DNA of 64,000 nt from contig CACBQK010000001.1 in assembly GCA_902541365.1 (NCBI GenBank), positions 37,600 through 101,599 of the forward strand, written 5' to 3'. Source of the stretch: an uncultured SAR86 cluster bacterium. GTDB lineage: Bacteria; Pseudomonadota; Gammaproteobacteria; Magnimaribacterales; D2472. How positions within the stretch are numbered: position 1 is the stretch's first letter; each line of letters begins with the position of its first letter. Positions 46,201 to 56,423 of the stretch are shown here, piece by piece. The position numbers and the translations under genes were made by a program. A model generated the notes under the pieces. That model saw only the letters and a program-made list of their open reading frames with translations. It had not been told where the DNA came from and ran no database searches.

Positions 46201-46980
46201 TTATTTAAGGGCTATTAACCATTGATTTGAAGGGATTTTATAGGTCACATTCACATCATTTTTGGACAATTTAAACAGTCTTTTTGCCTCAAAGATATCA
46301 TCATTCTCACAAATTACTTTTGAGATAATTCGAAGGGTAGATTCATTCATAAATGCAGAAGATATATCAAATCCAGGTATTGGAGAATTAGCATTTGTAA
46401 TCTTGTGAACAACCTCACTGGAGTTATTTTGTGAGATTGCTAAAGGAATAAGAGGTCCATCATTGATAAAAATCTTAAAGACAGAGTTTTCAATAGCGCA
46501 TTTGGGTAGATCAGAAATATCTAATGTGATTGACGCAGAAGCAAATTGTGGAAATTTTTTATCTCTTAAAAGTGAAAAAAGAAAATAATAGGAGGTCTCA
46601 TTACCAGATTGCATAAAATCTTCTTCAGCATATCTAAGAGTAAGTTCTGCAGCATCTAAATTATTTTCTTGAATGGACTTTCTTATAATCTCTTCAAACC
46701 ATAAAACTAGCTCATCCTCAGGAGCATAGTTTCTTATTTTTTTTAAATCTGATGTTTTTAAAGCCTCGCCCGAAATTATCTTAGAATTCACTTCGCTAAC
46801 AAGAATTATCTCCTTTGATGAGCCAATTACAGAGTATTTACTCAAAAAAAGGAAAGAGGGAATGAAAATAATTAATAAGCCAAAGAAAAGGACAAGAGAT
46901 CTCCCCCTATTCCCAATATTAAAAATATATAAAAAGAATGGCGCAGCAATTAAAAAAGAAATTATTAAACTTAATATCAT
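46201..46980 (-). CDS. ccmI: Putative cytochrome c maturation protein CcmI-like (2 TM + periplasmic domain)
   Basis: 259 aa and the last gene of the ccm operon. It has two N-terminal TM helices. The assignment is by position and topology only. Confidence 0.4.
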   Translation of the reverse strand: MILSLIISFLIAAPFFLYIFNIGNRGRSLVLFFGLLIIFIPSFLFLSKYSVIGSSKEIILVSEVNSKIISGEALKTSDLKKIRNYAPEDELVLWFEEIIRKSIQENNLDAAELTLRYAEEDFMQSGNETSYYFLFSLLRDKKFPQFASASITLDISDLPKCAIENSVFKIFINDGPLIPLAISQNNSSEVVHKITNANSPIPGFDISSAFMNESTLRIISKVICENDDIFEAKRLFKLSKNDVNVTYKIPSNQWLIALK

Positions 46981-47345
46981 CTTCTTCTTATTAGAAGGAC
47001 ACTAAAAGCTATAAGGATCATAAAGATAGCAGGACTTAGCCATAAAAATAAATTCTCTGAGAAGTCCGGCTCATACAATGAATCTTTTCCATATCGTTGA
47101 ACAACATAATCTTTAATTTCTTGATTAGAGCGGCCCTCTTGAATGAGCTCATAAATTTTTCTCTTAAGGTCTTCAGATATTGGTGCATTGCTGCTTGATA
47201 ATGAGCCACTCGTGCATTTTGGGCATCTAATCTCATTTATAATTTGGTAGTATCTAGCCTCATCTTCATCAGAATTAAAAATGAACAGAGATTCTCCAGC
47301 TGTATATACTGAAAAAATCATGGAGATAGCAATGAGCCTAATCAT
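46977..47345 (-). CDS. ccmH: Cytochrome c-type biogenesis protein CcmH
   Basis: 122 aa with a signal peptide, the RCPKC (LRCxxC-type) motif, SNAPISEDLKRKIYELIQEGRSNQEIKDYVVQRYG and a C-terminal TM. Confidence 0.88.
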   Translation of the reverse strand: MIRLIAISMIFSVYTAGESLFIFNSDEDEARYYQIINEIRCPKCTSGSLSSSNAPISEDLKRKIYELIQEGRSNQEIKDYVVQRYGKDSLYEPDFSENLFLWLSPAIFMILIAFSVLLIRRR

Positions 47346-47859
47346 TATTAATTTGATCTATTTTTGATAAAAATTTTGAGCTCCAGACCTTCTGATTTAC
47401 CTCGCCGACATGATGTGAAATTATTCTACCTTTGTGAACTAAAAATGTTTCTGGAGCTCCTGTTACGCCTAAATCAAGTGCAAGCTCTCCATAATAATCA
47501 TATAGAGAAAAAATATATGGATCTCCAAGCTTATTTAACCAGTCAGTAGCATTGTTCTTTTCATCCTTATAATTTAGTCCAATGATAGGAATTGTTTTTG
47601 ATATCTCTTCTAAGAATGGATGCTCAACCCTGCAAGTTATGCACCAACTTGCCCAAACATTAAGCACAAAAAGATCTTCTAAATCCTCATTTGTAATCTT
47701 TTTTTCTAAATGAAGAGTCCTAAGAGTAAATTCAGGTAATGGAGTGTTGAGATCTGCTTGAGACTGGCTGTCGTTATCATTTCTTATTAAAGATGTAAAA
47801 AGAATAACGGCTGATAAAAATATAATTACTATTAAGGTTCTTAAAGTTGACTCAAACAT
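47338..47859 (-). CDS. ccmG: Thiol:disulfide oxidoreductase CcmG/DsbE
   Basis: 173 aa with a membrane anchor, WASWCITCRVEHP and GVTGAPETFLV. Confidence 0.9.
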   Translation of the reverse strand: MFESTLRTLIVIIFLSAVILFTSLIRNDNDSQSQADLNTPLPEFTLRTLHLEKKITNEDLEDLFVLNVWASWCITCRVEHPFLEEISKTIPIIGLNYKDEKNNATDWLNKLGDPYIFSLYDYYGELALDLGVTGAPETFLVHKGRIISHHVGEVNQKVWSSKFLSKIDQINND

Positions 47860-49744
47860 AAATTCTTCTTCTAATTACTAAAACTACGCCTAAGCTCATT
47901 ATTATTGCAGAAATCCAAATCAATCTAACAAAATAGTTTTCTTGCATATTAACTATCCATTTACCATTAGATTGCTGCTCACCAATTGTTATATATATAT
48001 CTTTTATGGGCTTTATGGATATATCTGATTCAGTTGTAATTTCACCTCTTACAAAATATTTTCTTTTTTCTGGATAAAGCTCAAAAGTGTCATCTCCATT
48101 TGAAAAAATAAAGTCTGCAGAAAGGGATTCAAAGTTAGAACTTTTTTGTAATGAAATCTTATCAAACTTAATTGTATTCTCATTAAATCTAACTTCATCT
48201 CCGACACTCATACTAAATGTTCTTTCACTGCTGAGAGCAGCATTTAATGAAATAGAAATGATCAATAGTGCAAAACCTATATGTGCTATTGCACTCCCTT
48301 GATTAAAGTATTTCTTAGAAATAACAGAATCAATAATCAATACTATGTATCTTATAAGAATTAAGTTACCAAAAAAAATACCTCCTATTAGCCACCACTC
48401 ATAACTATTCAGAAAATATATGATCGCAATCAAAGACAATGTCGTTAAAGCAAAAATTACTGTTGAAGATTTTAGGATTCCTACTAAAGATATATCACGA
48501 GACCATATTGAATATGTTGAAAAAACCAAGAATAAAGAGGTTATAAAAGTAAGTGGTGCAAATACTTTATTGTAAAAAGGACTTCCCACTGAAACTCTAG
48601 AATCTGAAAATGCTTCCAATATTAATGGATAGGATATGCCTAAGAAAATAATAAATACTGCGGTAATGAAAAAGATATTGTTTGCACCAATAAAAAATTC
48701 TTTGGAAAAGTCTTTTATCTTATTAACAGACAAGATTTTTGATAAATTTTTAACAAAAAGCATTATCGGACCAGTAATTAAGAATGCAGACATTCCAAGC
48801 AAGTACAAACCTCTTGTTGGGTCATTTGCAAATGAGTGAACACTGTCAATTATCCCAGATCTAACAATGAAAGCTCCAAATAAGCTCAGCGTAAATGCAA
48901 GAATTGATAAAAATATTGTCCATGCTATTAGATTCTTTGTTCTAGAAGAAACGTAAACTGTATGGAGAAGCGCTGTCCCTGCCAACCAAGGCATCAGAGC
49001 AACATTTTCTACCGGATCCCAAAACCAATAGCCACCCCAGCCTAGTTCGTAATAAGCCCACCAACTTCCAAGGGCTATTCCAATAGTAAGAAATATCCAC
49101 GATGACAAAATAAAACTCTTGATTTCTGCAATTGGAAACTTTTCAAACCTTCCACTTATTAGAAAAGCTGTAACAAATGCAAAAGGAATAACAAAACCAA
49201 TATAACCAAAATAAAGCATTGGTGGGTGAATTGCTAAAGCTGGATCCTGCAATATAGGATTAATATCAGCTCCATCGGTAACTCCAAAAGGCAAGATTCT
49301 TTCAAATGGACTAGAAATGAATAATAAAAAAAGAAGGAAGCATGCTACCACTAATGAAATTATCCCTATTGTTTGAGGATAAAAAGTCGTTGTTGTACGA
49401 TTTCTAAATATTAAGAAAAATAGGCCCCATAAAGAAATTATTAAAACCCAAAGAAATAGTGAACCTTCATGTGCACTCCATATTGAAGTAACTTTATAAA
49501 AGATTGGAAGATTTGAGTTTGAGTGACTCGCTATGTAAGCCATAGAGAAATCGTCTATTATTGCTAAATAAACAAATAATAAAAATGAAGTAATTAATGT
49601 TAATGACCCCAATACAAAAACCTTAGGAACAAAAATACTTACGCTGTTAGTATTTGAGGAATAGGACAAAAAAGCTAAAACAAAGCAGGCCAAAAATACA
49701 ATTGATGAGGAAAAAGCTAAGAAGTGACTTATTTCACCTATCAT
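47852..49744 (-). CDS. ccmF: Cytochrome c heme lyase subunit CcmF
   Basis: 630 aa, polytopic, with WWD motif WGGYWFWDPVEN. Confidence 0.95.
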   Translation of the reverse strand: MIGEISHFLAFSSSIVFLACFVLAFLSYSSNTNSVSIFVPKVFVLGSLTLITSFLLFVYLAIIDDFSMAYIASHSNSNLPIFYKVTSIWSAHEGSLFLWVLIISLWGLFFLIFRNRTTTTFYPQTIGIISLVVACFLLFLLFISSPFERILPFGVTDGADINPILQDPALAIHPPMLYFGYIGFVIPFAFVTAFLISGRFEKFPIAEIKSFILSSWIFLTIGIALGSWWAYYELGWGGYWFWDPVENVALMPWLAGTALLHTVYVSSRTKNLIAWTIFLSILAFTLSLFGAFIVRSGIIDSVHSFANDPTRGLYLLGMSAFLITGPIMLFVKNLSKILSVNKIKDFSKEFFIGANNIFFITAVFIIFLGISYPLILEAFSDSRVSVGSPFYNKVFAPLTFITSLFLVFSTYSIWSRDISLVGILKSSTVIFALTTLSLIAIIYFLNSYEWWLIGGIFFGNLILIRYIVLIIDSVISKKYFNQGSAIAHIGFALLIISISLNAALSSERTFSMSVGDEVRFNENTIKFDKISLQKSSNFESLSADFIFSNGDDTFELYPEKRKYFVRGEITTESDISIKPIKDIYITIGEQQSNGKWIVNMQENYFVRLIWISAIIMSLGVVLVIRRRIYV

Positions 49745-49746
49745 AA

Positions 49747-50160
49747 TTAGTTCAATTCAAGGTTTGGTGGCATATAGTTTTCATCATGCTTGGCAAAAAC
49801 TTCATCTGCATAAAAAATTCCATCAATATATTTGCCAAGGACAACAATACCTTTTCCCTCTTTAAATAAATCTGGTAATAAGCCTTCATAAATAACTTTA
49901 ATAGAGTCTTCAAAATCAGTAACCTCGAAGTTTACTTTGTTTTCATTGATGAAAAAGCTATCTTTTTTTACCATACCGCCAAGCTTAACTCTTGTATTTG
50001 CTGATAAAACAACATTTTCATCACTTTGTTTTAGTTCGCTAGGTGTCAAAAAATAATCTAGGTTTGAATTGAGAGCATACAAAATTAAACCAATACCTAA
50101 ACAAGAGCTGCCTATAATTAGAAGAACTCCAAAAAGTCTTTTTTTTCTATCCTTCTTCAT
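49747..50160 (-). CDS. ccmE: Heme chaperone CcmE
   Basis: 137 aa with a membrane anchor, an OB fold and the heme-binding motif AKHDENYMPP. Confidence 0.95.
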   Translation of the reverse strand: MKKDRKKRLFGVLLIIGSSCLGIGLILYALNSNLDYFLTPSELKQSDENVVLSANTRVKLGGMVKKDSFFINENKVNFEVTDFEDSIKVIYEGLLPDLFKEGKGIVVLGKYIDGIFYADEVFAKHDENYMPPNLELN

Positions 50161-50305
50161 TTATTTCTTTCTTGGCTTGTCGTATTTTTCTATTTAGAAG
50201 AATGATCGTAGATCCTAGGATTGTAAAAAGTACAATTACAACAAGCCACACATAAAATCCATGATCACCCATGCTAAGAATATTTATTAAGCTGTCTTGA
50301 TTCAT
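50147..50305 (-). CDS. ccmD: Heme exporter protein CcmD (not in ORF track)
   Basis: Hand-translated 52 aa: MNQDSLINILSMGDHGFYVWLVVIVLFTILGSTIILLNRKIRQAKKEINEEG*. The MG..GF.VWL core matches E. coli CcmD (MGGYAFFVWLAVV). It fills the ccmC-ccmE gap and overlaps the ccmE start by 14 nt. Confidence 0.8.
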   Translation of the reverse strand: MNQDSLINILSMGDHGFYVWLVVIVLFTILGSTIILLNRKIRQAKKEINEEG

Positions 50306-50307
50306 TT

Positions 50308-51036
50308 TCAAATATTTTTTACCCAGCTTTTATATTTTTCCCTTTTTAAGATTTCATTCTGTGAAGAAAGAATAACTAACCCAAAAATTAGACCAATAAA
50401 AGCAACTATAGAAAACATTAAGGGATACAGCATTACTGGATCAATTGTGGGCTTGCTCGTCAATGTTATGGATGCAGACTGATGAAGTGTTGACCACCAA
50501 TCAACTGATTTCTTTATTACTGGTATATTTACTACACCTATTAAAACGAGCACTGAGAAAAACTTGTCAGCTTTATCTTTATTTTCAAAAGATGCATGCA
50601 AAGAAATCAAACCAAGATACATTATGAATAAAATCAATGTAGAAGTAATTCTGGCATCCCATTGCCACCAGGTTCCCCAAGTTGGTATGCCCCAAATAGA
50701 ACCAGAAAATAGTGCAAAGAATGTTACGATTGCTCCAATTGGGGCGATTGATTTGGAGACATATGCAGCTAATTTGAGTTTCCAAATTAGAAAAACAGCT
50801 GAAGTAATTGCCATTACAACAAAAAGAATCTGTGCCATAAATGACGCTGGCACATGCATATAGATTATTCTGTAAGAATCACCTTGTACTGCATCAGGAG
50901 GCGTAAAAAAAAGCCCCCATACTAAAGCGCCAAAATAAAGTAAAAAAAAGAATACTAAAACAGGCTTACCGAACTTGTTAGCTATAGCAAAGAAACTCTT
51001 TGGAGAGGCAAATTGATGAAAAAATTTTTTAATCAC
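50308..51036 (-). CDS. ccmC: Heme exporter protein CcmC
   Basis: 242 aa with WWD motif WGTWWQWDARIT. Confidence 0.95.
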   Translation of the reverse strand: MIKKFFHQFASPKSFFAIANKFGKPVLVFFFLLYFGALVWGLFFTPPDAVQGDSYRIIYMHVPASFMAQILFVVMAITSAVFLIWKLKLAAYVSKSIAPIGAIVTFFALFSGSIWGIPTWGTWWQWDARITSTLILFIMYLGLISLHASFENKDKADKFFSVLVLIGVVNIPVIKKSVDWWSTLHQSASITLTSKPTIDPVMLYPLMFSIVAFIGLIFGLVILSSQNEILKREKYKSWVKNI

Positions 51037-51061
51037 AGAAATAATATATGGGTTTTTTTTG

Positions 51062-51712
51062 CTATTCCAAATGCGTTCTTAGTATAAATGAAATAACAAA
51101 TGGTATAAAACTTGCTACCAGGATCATTACGCCTACCAATAGGCTCAAATGACCAACCAAACTTAAGCCCAACAAGGCTGAGGTTGTCATCTTTCCAAGA
51201 ACAATTAGCACAGGAATTAAAAATGGGATTGTTATTAAAAGACCAAGAATAGAGCCTTTTTTGAGGCTAAGGGCATTCCCAAGAGAAAAGAAATTAATAA
51301 AAATCAAATTTGAGATAATTAAACATAGCAAAGCAATTGAGCTTATCTGTATTGAGATATTCAAAGATAAGATAAATAGAAAAGCAACAAAAGCAAGAGG
51401 AATGCCAATCAATACCCAGTGGACAAATATTTTATAAAAAACAACTTCAATGAGTTGATCATTTACAGCATATTGCTCAAGAGTACCATCCTCAAAATCA
51501 TCAGAGAAAATTAATTCAGTTCCCAGCATAGTCACCAAAAGTGTAGAAATCCAAATAAAAGATAGATAAATTTGAGGCGGGTTATCACTATTTATATCCA
51601 AGGTTAATGGAAAAGAAATTATTATTAAAAGGAAAACTAATACAGGACCAATCCAAGCCCTCCTCCTCTTAAAGAGCTTATACATCTCTATATAAAGAAT
51701 ATCTCTATCCAT
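51062..51712 (-). CDS. ccmB: Heme exporter permease CcmB
   Basis: 216 aa with 6 TM, positioned between ccmA and ccmC. Confidence 0.8.
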   Translation of the reverse strand: MDRDILYIEMYKLFKRRRAWIGPVLVFLLIIISFPLTLDINSDNPPQIYLSFIWISTLLVTMLGTELIFSDDFEDGTLEQYAVNDQLIEVVFYKIFVHWVLIGIPLAFVAFLFILSLNISIQISSIALLCLIISNLIFINFFSLGNALSLKKGSILGLLITIPFLIPVLIVLGKMTTSALLGLSLVGHLSLLVGVMILVASFIPFVISFILRTHLE

Positions 51713-52289
51713 TTATTTTAATTTCCCTATAGTCATCTTCAAAGTCTATATGTGAAGTAAAAATAATAGTCTTATTTTTCTTTACTTCTGCTTCCATAAA
51801 GTCCTTTAGAAACTCTTTACTGTTTTGATCAAGGCCAATAAAAGGTTCATCCAGTATCAAAATATTCTCATCAGAATTTAAGACTCTTATCAGAGATAAT
51901 TTTTTTTGTTGTCCAAAAGATAAAGTACCAACAGAGTTATCAATATGCCTTCTCAGATTAAATTTTTCTAATAAATCAAGATTAAAAGAATCCAACTTTA
52001 ACCCTTGAATCATTAGATTCTCTCTAATTGATAAATAATTTTTTAAATTATTTTTATGCCCCAGAAAGCAAACTTTGTCTTCATTATGATTAATTAGCTC
52101 ACCTTTTGTTTGTTTTGTTAAACCTATTATTATTTTTAACAAGGTTGTCTTTCCGGAGCCATTATCTCCAGAAATTTTTACCAGTTCTCCAATGTCAATT
52201 ACAAAACTAATATTATTAAGGATATTCCTATCATTAATTTTGTAAGAAATATTTTTTGCTTCAATGAGTTTCATATCATAAAAGTCCAA
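51705..52289 (-). CDS. ccmA: Heme exporter ATP-binding protein CcmA
   Basis: 194 aa with Walker A GDNGSGKTTLLK, signature LSFGQQKKLSL and Walker B ILILDEP. Confidence 0.9.
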   Translation of the reverse strand: MDFYDMKLIEAKNISYKINDRNILNNISFVIDIGELVKISGDNGSGKTTLLKIIIGLTKQTKGELINHNEDKVCFLGHKNNLKNYLSIRENLMIQGLKLDSFNLDLLEKFNLRRHIDNSVGTLSFGQQKKLSLIRVLNSDENILILDEPFIGLDQNSKEFLKDFMEAEVKKNKTIIFTSHIDFEDDYREIKING

Positions 52290-52785
52290 TCTTTTTTGAT
52301 CTAATTATAAGCGGAGGTAAAGGTTTTTGGGGATCAATTCTTGAATATAAGCGCTTTCCAATCTCATCAAATGGAGATTTCATTACTTTTCCAATGCCGC
52401 CAATGGAAAAGTATAGGTCTCTGGAGAAAAATATTCCTTGCTCTAAAGTTGGTATTTGGTTCATGGATAAAATAATTCCTTTAAGTTTGCTAAATATCTT
52501 ATTTCTATTATTAAGCTTGAACCATCCCCATGATAATTGATTTATTAATGCCATCTTTTTTAGCGATTCTCTTGAAGACTTATTTGGGCTCGTTCCAGGT
52601 GGTAAAAGAACGACTAAATTTGATGAGGAATCTGCTATTACTTTATCTATTAATTCAACTAGCTCAGTCTCCGTGTCAAAACCAATACTTGTTATATTTT
52701 CAAATGAAAACGGCTTAAAAAACTTCAGTTTCTCAAGCCGTTTGTTAGATCCTATATAAATATAATTTACTAATATCTTACTCAA
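52276..52785 (-). CDS. Hypothetical protein; faint resemblance to the C-terminal half of family-2 glycosyltransferases (TIGR04283-type)
   Basis: 169 aa. The pattern LVVLLPPGT...W.KL......F......L....P.LEQGIFFSR.LY...GG......P.DEIGKRL recalls the GT2 acceptor-side region. The nucleotide-binding N-half and the DxD motif are not evident. Confidence 0.35.
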   Translation of the reverse strand: MSKILVNYIYIGSNKRLEKLKFFKPFSFENITSIGFDTETELVELIDKVIADSSSNLVVLLPPGTSPNKSSRESLKKMALINQLSWGWFKLNNRNKIFSKLKGIILSMNQIPTLEQGIFFSRDLYFSIGGIGKVMKSPFDEIGKRLYSRIDPQKPLPPLIIRSKKIGLL

Positions 52786-54080
52786 ACAGATACTTTATCA
52801 AGTGCTTGTGAAAGATCATCTTTAATATCATCCAAATGCTCTAATCCTATTGATAACCTTACATATCCAGGAGTAACTCCAGCACTTAATAACTCTTCCT
52901 CATTTAGCTGACTATGAGTTGTGCTCGCAGGATGGATAGCTAGACTTCTTGAATCTCCAATATTTGCAACATGGTAAAACATCTCGAGAGAATTGATAAA
53001 TTGCTTTCCAGCTTCAATACCACCTTTTATCTCAAATCCCATCAATCCACCACAACCACCGCTCAGGTATTTGTCAGCTCTTTCCTTAGCAAGATCAGAA
53101 GCAACAGATGGATGAGAAACTCTTTCCACTTTTGGATGGCTCATTAAAAATTTTGCAATCTCATCTGCATTCTTTGAGTGCTCTCTTATTCTTAGTGCAA
53201 GGGTTTCAAGTCCCTGTATGAACATAAATGCATTAAACGGGCTCATTGCTGCACCCATATCTCTGAGAATAGTAGTTCTTGCTTTAAGTATATAAGCGAT
53301 TGGTCCAAGGGGTTTAACAGCTTCCGTCCAAACAGCGCCGCCATATGAGGGATCTGGATTATTAAGAGCAGGTTGTCTTTTGGGGTGTGCTTCCCAGTCA
53401 AAATTACCACTATCTACAATAATTCCTCCAATAGATGTTCCATGTCCGCCTATGTATTTTGTTGTTGAATGCATTGAAATGGCTGCTCCATGATCAAATG
53501 GCTTACAAATTACTGGTGCTGCTGTATTATCGACAATAAGCGGGATGCCAAGAGGTTTTCCCAATGCAGCAACTTCTGCAATTGGAAAAACTTCAAAACT
53601 TGGGTTAGGTAGTACCTCTCCATAATAAGCTCTAGTTTTTTCATCAGTAGCTTTTAAGAAATTTTCTGGATCTTTTGGATCAACAAACCTTACCTCAATT
53701 CCCATATCAGAAAAAACATTTTTAAATAAATTGAATGTGCCTCCATACAAATGAGCAGATGCAACTATATTGTCACCATTAGATGCAAGATTTTGTATTG
53801 CAACTGTAGATGCCGCTTGACCTGAAGCAACAGCTAAAGCACCAACACCTCCCTCCAAGGCAGCAATTCTATCTTCAAGAACTGCAACAGTTGGATTCAT
53901 TATTCGTGAATAAATATTACCGAGTTCTGATAAAGCAAATAAATTAGCTGCATGATCACAATCATCGAATTGGTAACTAGTCGTTTGGTGAATAGGGACT
54001 GCAACCGAGTTTGTATTTTCATCTTTTCTCCAGCCAGCATGAAGACCAATGGTTTCTGGATTAGTGTAATTTTTTGACAT
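52782..54080 (-). CDS. metY: O-acetylhomoserine (thiol)-lyase / sulfhydrylase
   Basis: 432 aa, a Cys/Met-metabolism PLP enzyme with PLP-lysine block HSTTKYIGGHGTSIGG, SRIMNPT, and a C-terminal SLGDSRSLAIHPASTTH. Confidence 0.92.
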   Translation of the reverse strand: MSKNYTNPETIGLHAGWRKDENTNSVAVPIHQTTSYQFDDCDHAANLFALSELGNIYSRIMNPTVAVLEDRIAALEGGVGALAVASGQAASTVAIQNLASNGDNIVASAHLYGGTFNLFKNVFSDMGIEVRFVDPKDPENFLKATDEKTRAYYGEVLPNPSFEVFPIAEVAALGKPLGIPLIVDNTAAPVICKPFDHGAAISMHSTTKYIGGHGTSIGGIIVDSGNFDWEAHPKRQPALNNPDPSYGGAVWTEAVKPLGPIAYILKARTTILRDMGAAMSPFNAFMFIQGLETLALRIREHSKNADEIAKFLMSHPKVERVSHPSVASDLAKERADKYLSGGCGGLMGFEIKGGIEAGKQFINSLEMFYHVANIGDSRSLAIHPASTTHSQLNEEELLSAGVTPGYVRLSIGLEHLDDIKDDLSQALDKVSV

Positions 54081-54230
54081 TTAATGTCTCCCCAAAGTTG
54101 AATATGTGTAGATTTTACTTCATTTGAAAAGCATTTAAAATTACAAATCTTAAAATAGAAGAAAATATATTAAAATTTTTTAAATCTTCAAATGATGGAG
54201 TATGATAGCAATAAAAAATAAAGGTTAATC

Positions 54231-54635
54231 ATGGCAAGAAAATATGTAAATTTTAGAGTTGGGGGTTCCCCATATAAAGAAACAGATGCTTATACCGTTT
54301 GGACAAATGATCTCCTTGGTAAAGTGATAGCAAGTAAAACTATTATTCAACCAGGTCAGTCAACAGAGGGTCATAAGCTTATAGATTCTGATGTTGTCTA
54401 CGTCGTTGTGAATGGTCGAGGCAGAATGGAAGTTGTTGAATATATGAATTCTGAAGAAGGTCACGGCGGTGATCCATCTTATGGTGTCGAGCATCAAGAT
54501 TCATATGATTTAGTTGCTGGAGATGTAATTCTTGTTCAGTCAGGAGATTACGTTAAAGTATCAAATAAATCAGAGCATGATCAACTGGCTTATTTAAGAA
54601 TCTTCGATCGTGAAGGTTGGCGTGATAAAAAATAA
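54231..54635 (+). CDS. Cupin-domain protein
   Basis: 134 aa with a two-motif cupin pattern (GQSTEGHKLIDSDVVYVVVNGRG ... GDVILVQSGDYVKVSN). Confidence 0.55.
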   Translation: MARKYVNFRVGGSPYKETDAYTVWTNDLLGKVIASKTIIQPGQSTEGHKLIDSDVVYVVVNGRGRMEVVEYMNSEEGHGGDPSYGVEHQDSYDLVAGDVILVQSGDYVKVSNKSEHDQLAYLRIFDREGWRDKK

Positions 54636-55440
54636 GAAAAATCTATTCTTTCTCAGCATTTTTTTTCTTTTTAATATTGATACATACGCTGATAAAAATT
54701 TAGAATCACTTATGTCTGTCCTTTACTCTCAGACATCTGGTGAAATTAAAGCTACTTTTGTTCAAACGTATAACACCGCGACTCAACTTCTGGATGAAGC
54801 TATTAATACTCGAGATTGGGATGCAGTTCTTGAATCTAAGGGTAAGTTGGATAGATCGCCCGCAATAATCTTAGATGTTGATGAAACTGTTTTAGACAAT
54901 ACTCCATTCAATGCAAGATCTATCATGAATCATACCAACTATCCTGAGGGGTGGGATAAATGGATATATGAAGAAAAAGCAACTTTGATTCCTGGGGTTA
55001 AAGATTTCTTGCTGAACGCTCAAAAAAAAGGTGTAAAAATCTTTTATGTTACTAATCGAAGAACTGTTTATGAAGAAGCTACAAAAAATAATATCAAAAA
55101 ACTCGGACTGCCATTTGATGATGATGTTGATGTGCTCCTAACACGGGGTGAAAATGGTTGGGGTTCAAGTAAAGCCTCAAGAAGATCATTTGTTTCTGAA
55201 AATCACAGAGTGATAATGATGTTCGGCGATAACCTTAATGATTTCTTTGATCTTCCGGACAAAGCTGATTATGTCACTAGAAAAGAGTCTGTTCTTGAAT
55301 ATGAGAATATGTGGGGTAACAAGTGGTTTATGCTAGCCAACCCTGTCTATGGCCATTGGGAACAATCTATATATGGATTTGAACTACTTGATGAAGAGTC
55401 AAAAACAAAAGCAAAATTAGAGAATATTAGAATTAATTGA
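54610..55440 (+). CDS. Class B/C acid phosphatase, 5'-nucleotidase lipoprotein e(P4)-like (HAD superfamily)
   Basis: 276 aa with a signal peptide and DDDD-family motifs (AIILDVDETVLDNTPF ... YVTNR ... GDNLNDF). The start is uncertain (GTG 54610 or GTG 54622). Confidence 0.8.
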   Translation: MKVGVIKNKKNLFFLSIFFLFNIDTYADKNLESLMSVLYSQTSGEIKATFVQTYNTATQLLDEAINTRDWDAVLESKGKLDRSPAIILDVDETVLDNTPFNARSIMNHTNYPEGWDKWIYEEKATLIPGVKDFLLNAQKKGVKIFYVTNRRTVYEEATKNNIKKLGLPFDDDVDVLLTRGENGWGSSKASRRSFVSENHRVIMMFGDNLNDFFDLPDKADYVTRKESVLEYENMWGNKWFMLANPVYGHWEQSIYGFELLDEESKTKAKLENIRIN

Positions 55441-56422
55441 TCTTTATTTCTGCCACAATAGGCAGATGGTCTGAAATACCCTTACCTGTTAAGATCCCAA
55501 AATTTCTTGGTTTACCATCTTTCGTATCAACATTTATTTCATTTTTTAAGATATATGAGGTTTCTAAACTCATCTTTTTGTTTTTTGGAAAAACAATTGC
55601 ATCTAGAAAACTCCATGTGCCATCCTGGCTATAGAAGAAAGTACCTTTACATTTTTTACATCCATCAAGATGCGAAACATACCAATCATTATTAATTTGG
55701 GAATAAATACCCAGATCTTTTTCCTCTTGAGATGTGATATTGAAATCTCCTAAAGCAATCCACTTGTCATCATGAGAGTTAACAATCGCATAAAGGTTAT
55801 TTAATGCATCAATTCTTGAATTAGCACTGTTGTATGGAGCGGGAAAATGGACTACATAAACTCTTATGATTTCATTATCCAAACCTAGTTTCACCTCAAA
55901 AATTGGTCTCGAGCTTGTTACCTCAACAGAATCTGAGAATCTAATCTTAAAATTTCTTGCGCCATAAATTGGATACTTTGAAATAATGGCATTATCAATT
56001 CCTCTATAGTCTTCGCCTTCGATTAAAGCAAAATCTGTATATCCAAAAGCTTCTATTTTACTAAACAACATTCGAAGGACATTTAAGTTTTCAATTTCTT
56101 GAATTGCGATAATATCTGGTTGAGATTCTCCCATAGAAATTAATAGATCTGAAATATTGGAAATCTTTTTTTGTACTACTTCCTCACTCCAATCTAAGAA
56201 TAAACATTCATTTCTCCACTTAGAGTTATTAACTAGAAGGCATCCCATAATATGATCATCATTGTTTTTAAGTGCAATAGGTAAATAAGCTTTATCATCT
56301 TTTCCAACGTCATCCTTAGCATCAAATAAATTATCTAAATTGTAGGACATGATGGAAATCTGCTCAGCTGAGACAAAATATGAGAAAGATAAAGTAAGAA
56401 ATAAAAAAATTCTAATTATCAT
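55433..56422 (-). CDS. Endonuclease/exonuclease/phosphatase (EEP) family protein, secreted
   Basis: 329 aa with a signal peptide and motifs SYNLDNLFD, IIAIQEIEN, GDFN and a C-terminal SDHLPIVAEI. Confidence 0.85.
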   Translation of the reverse strand: MIIRIFLFLTLSFSYFVSAEQISIMSYNLDNLFDAKDDVGKDDKAYLPIALKNNDDHIMGCLLVNNSKWRNECLFLDWSEEVVQKKISNISDLLISMGESQPDIIAIQEIENLNVLRMLFSKIEAFGYTDFALIEGEDYRGIDNAIISKYPIYGARNFKIRFSDSVEVTSSRPIFEVKLGLDNEIIRVYVVHFPAPYNSANSRIDALNNLYAIVNSHDDKWIALGDFNITSQEEKDLGIYSQINNDWYVSHLDGCKKCKGTFFYSQDGTWSFLDAIVFPKNKKMSLETSYILKNEINVDTKDGKPRNFGILTGKGISDHLPIVAEIKIN

Positions 56423-56423
56423 T

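Noticed and set aside
54081-54230. Possible SAM/methionine riboswitch upstream of metY
   Set aside because: The 150-nt leader is almost pure A/T, with no conserved GC-paired helices or motifs of any SAM riboswitch class that I can recognise.
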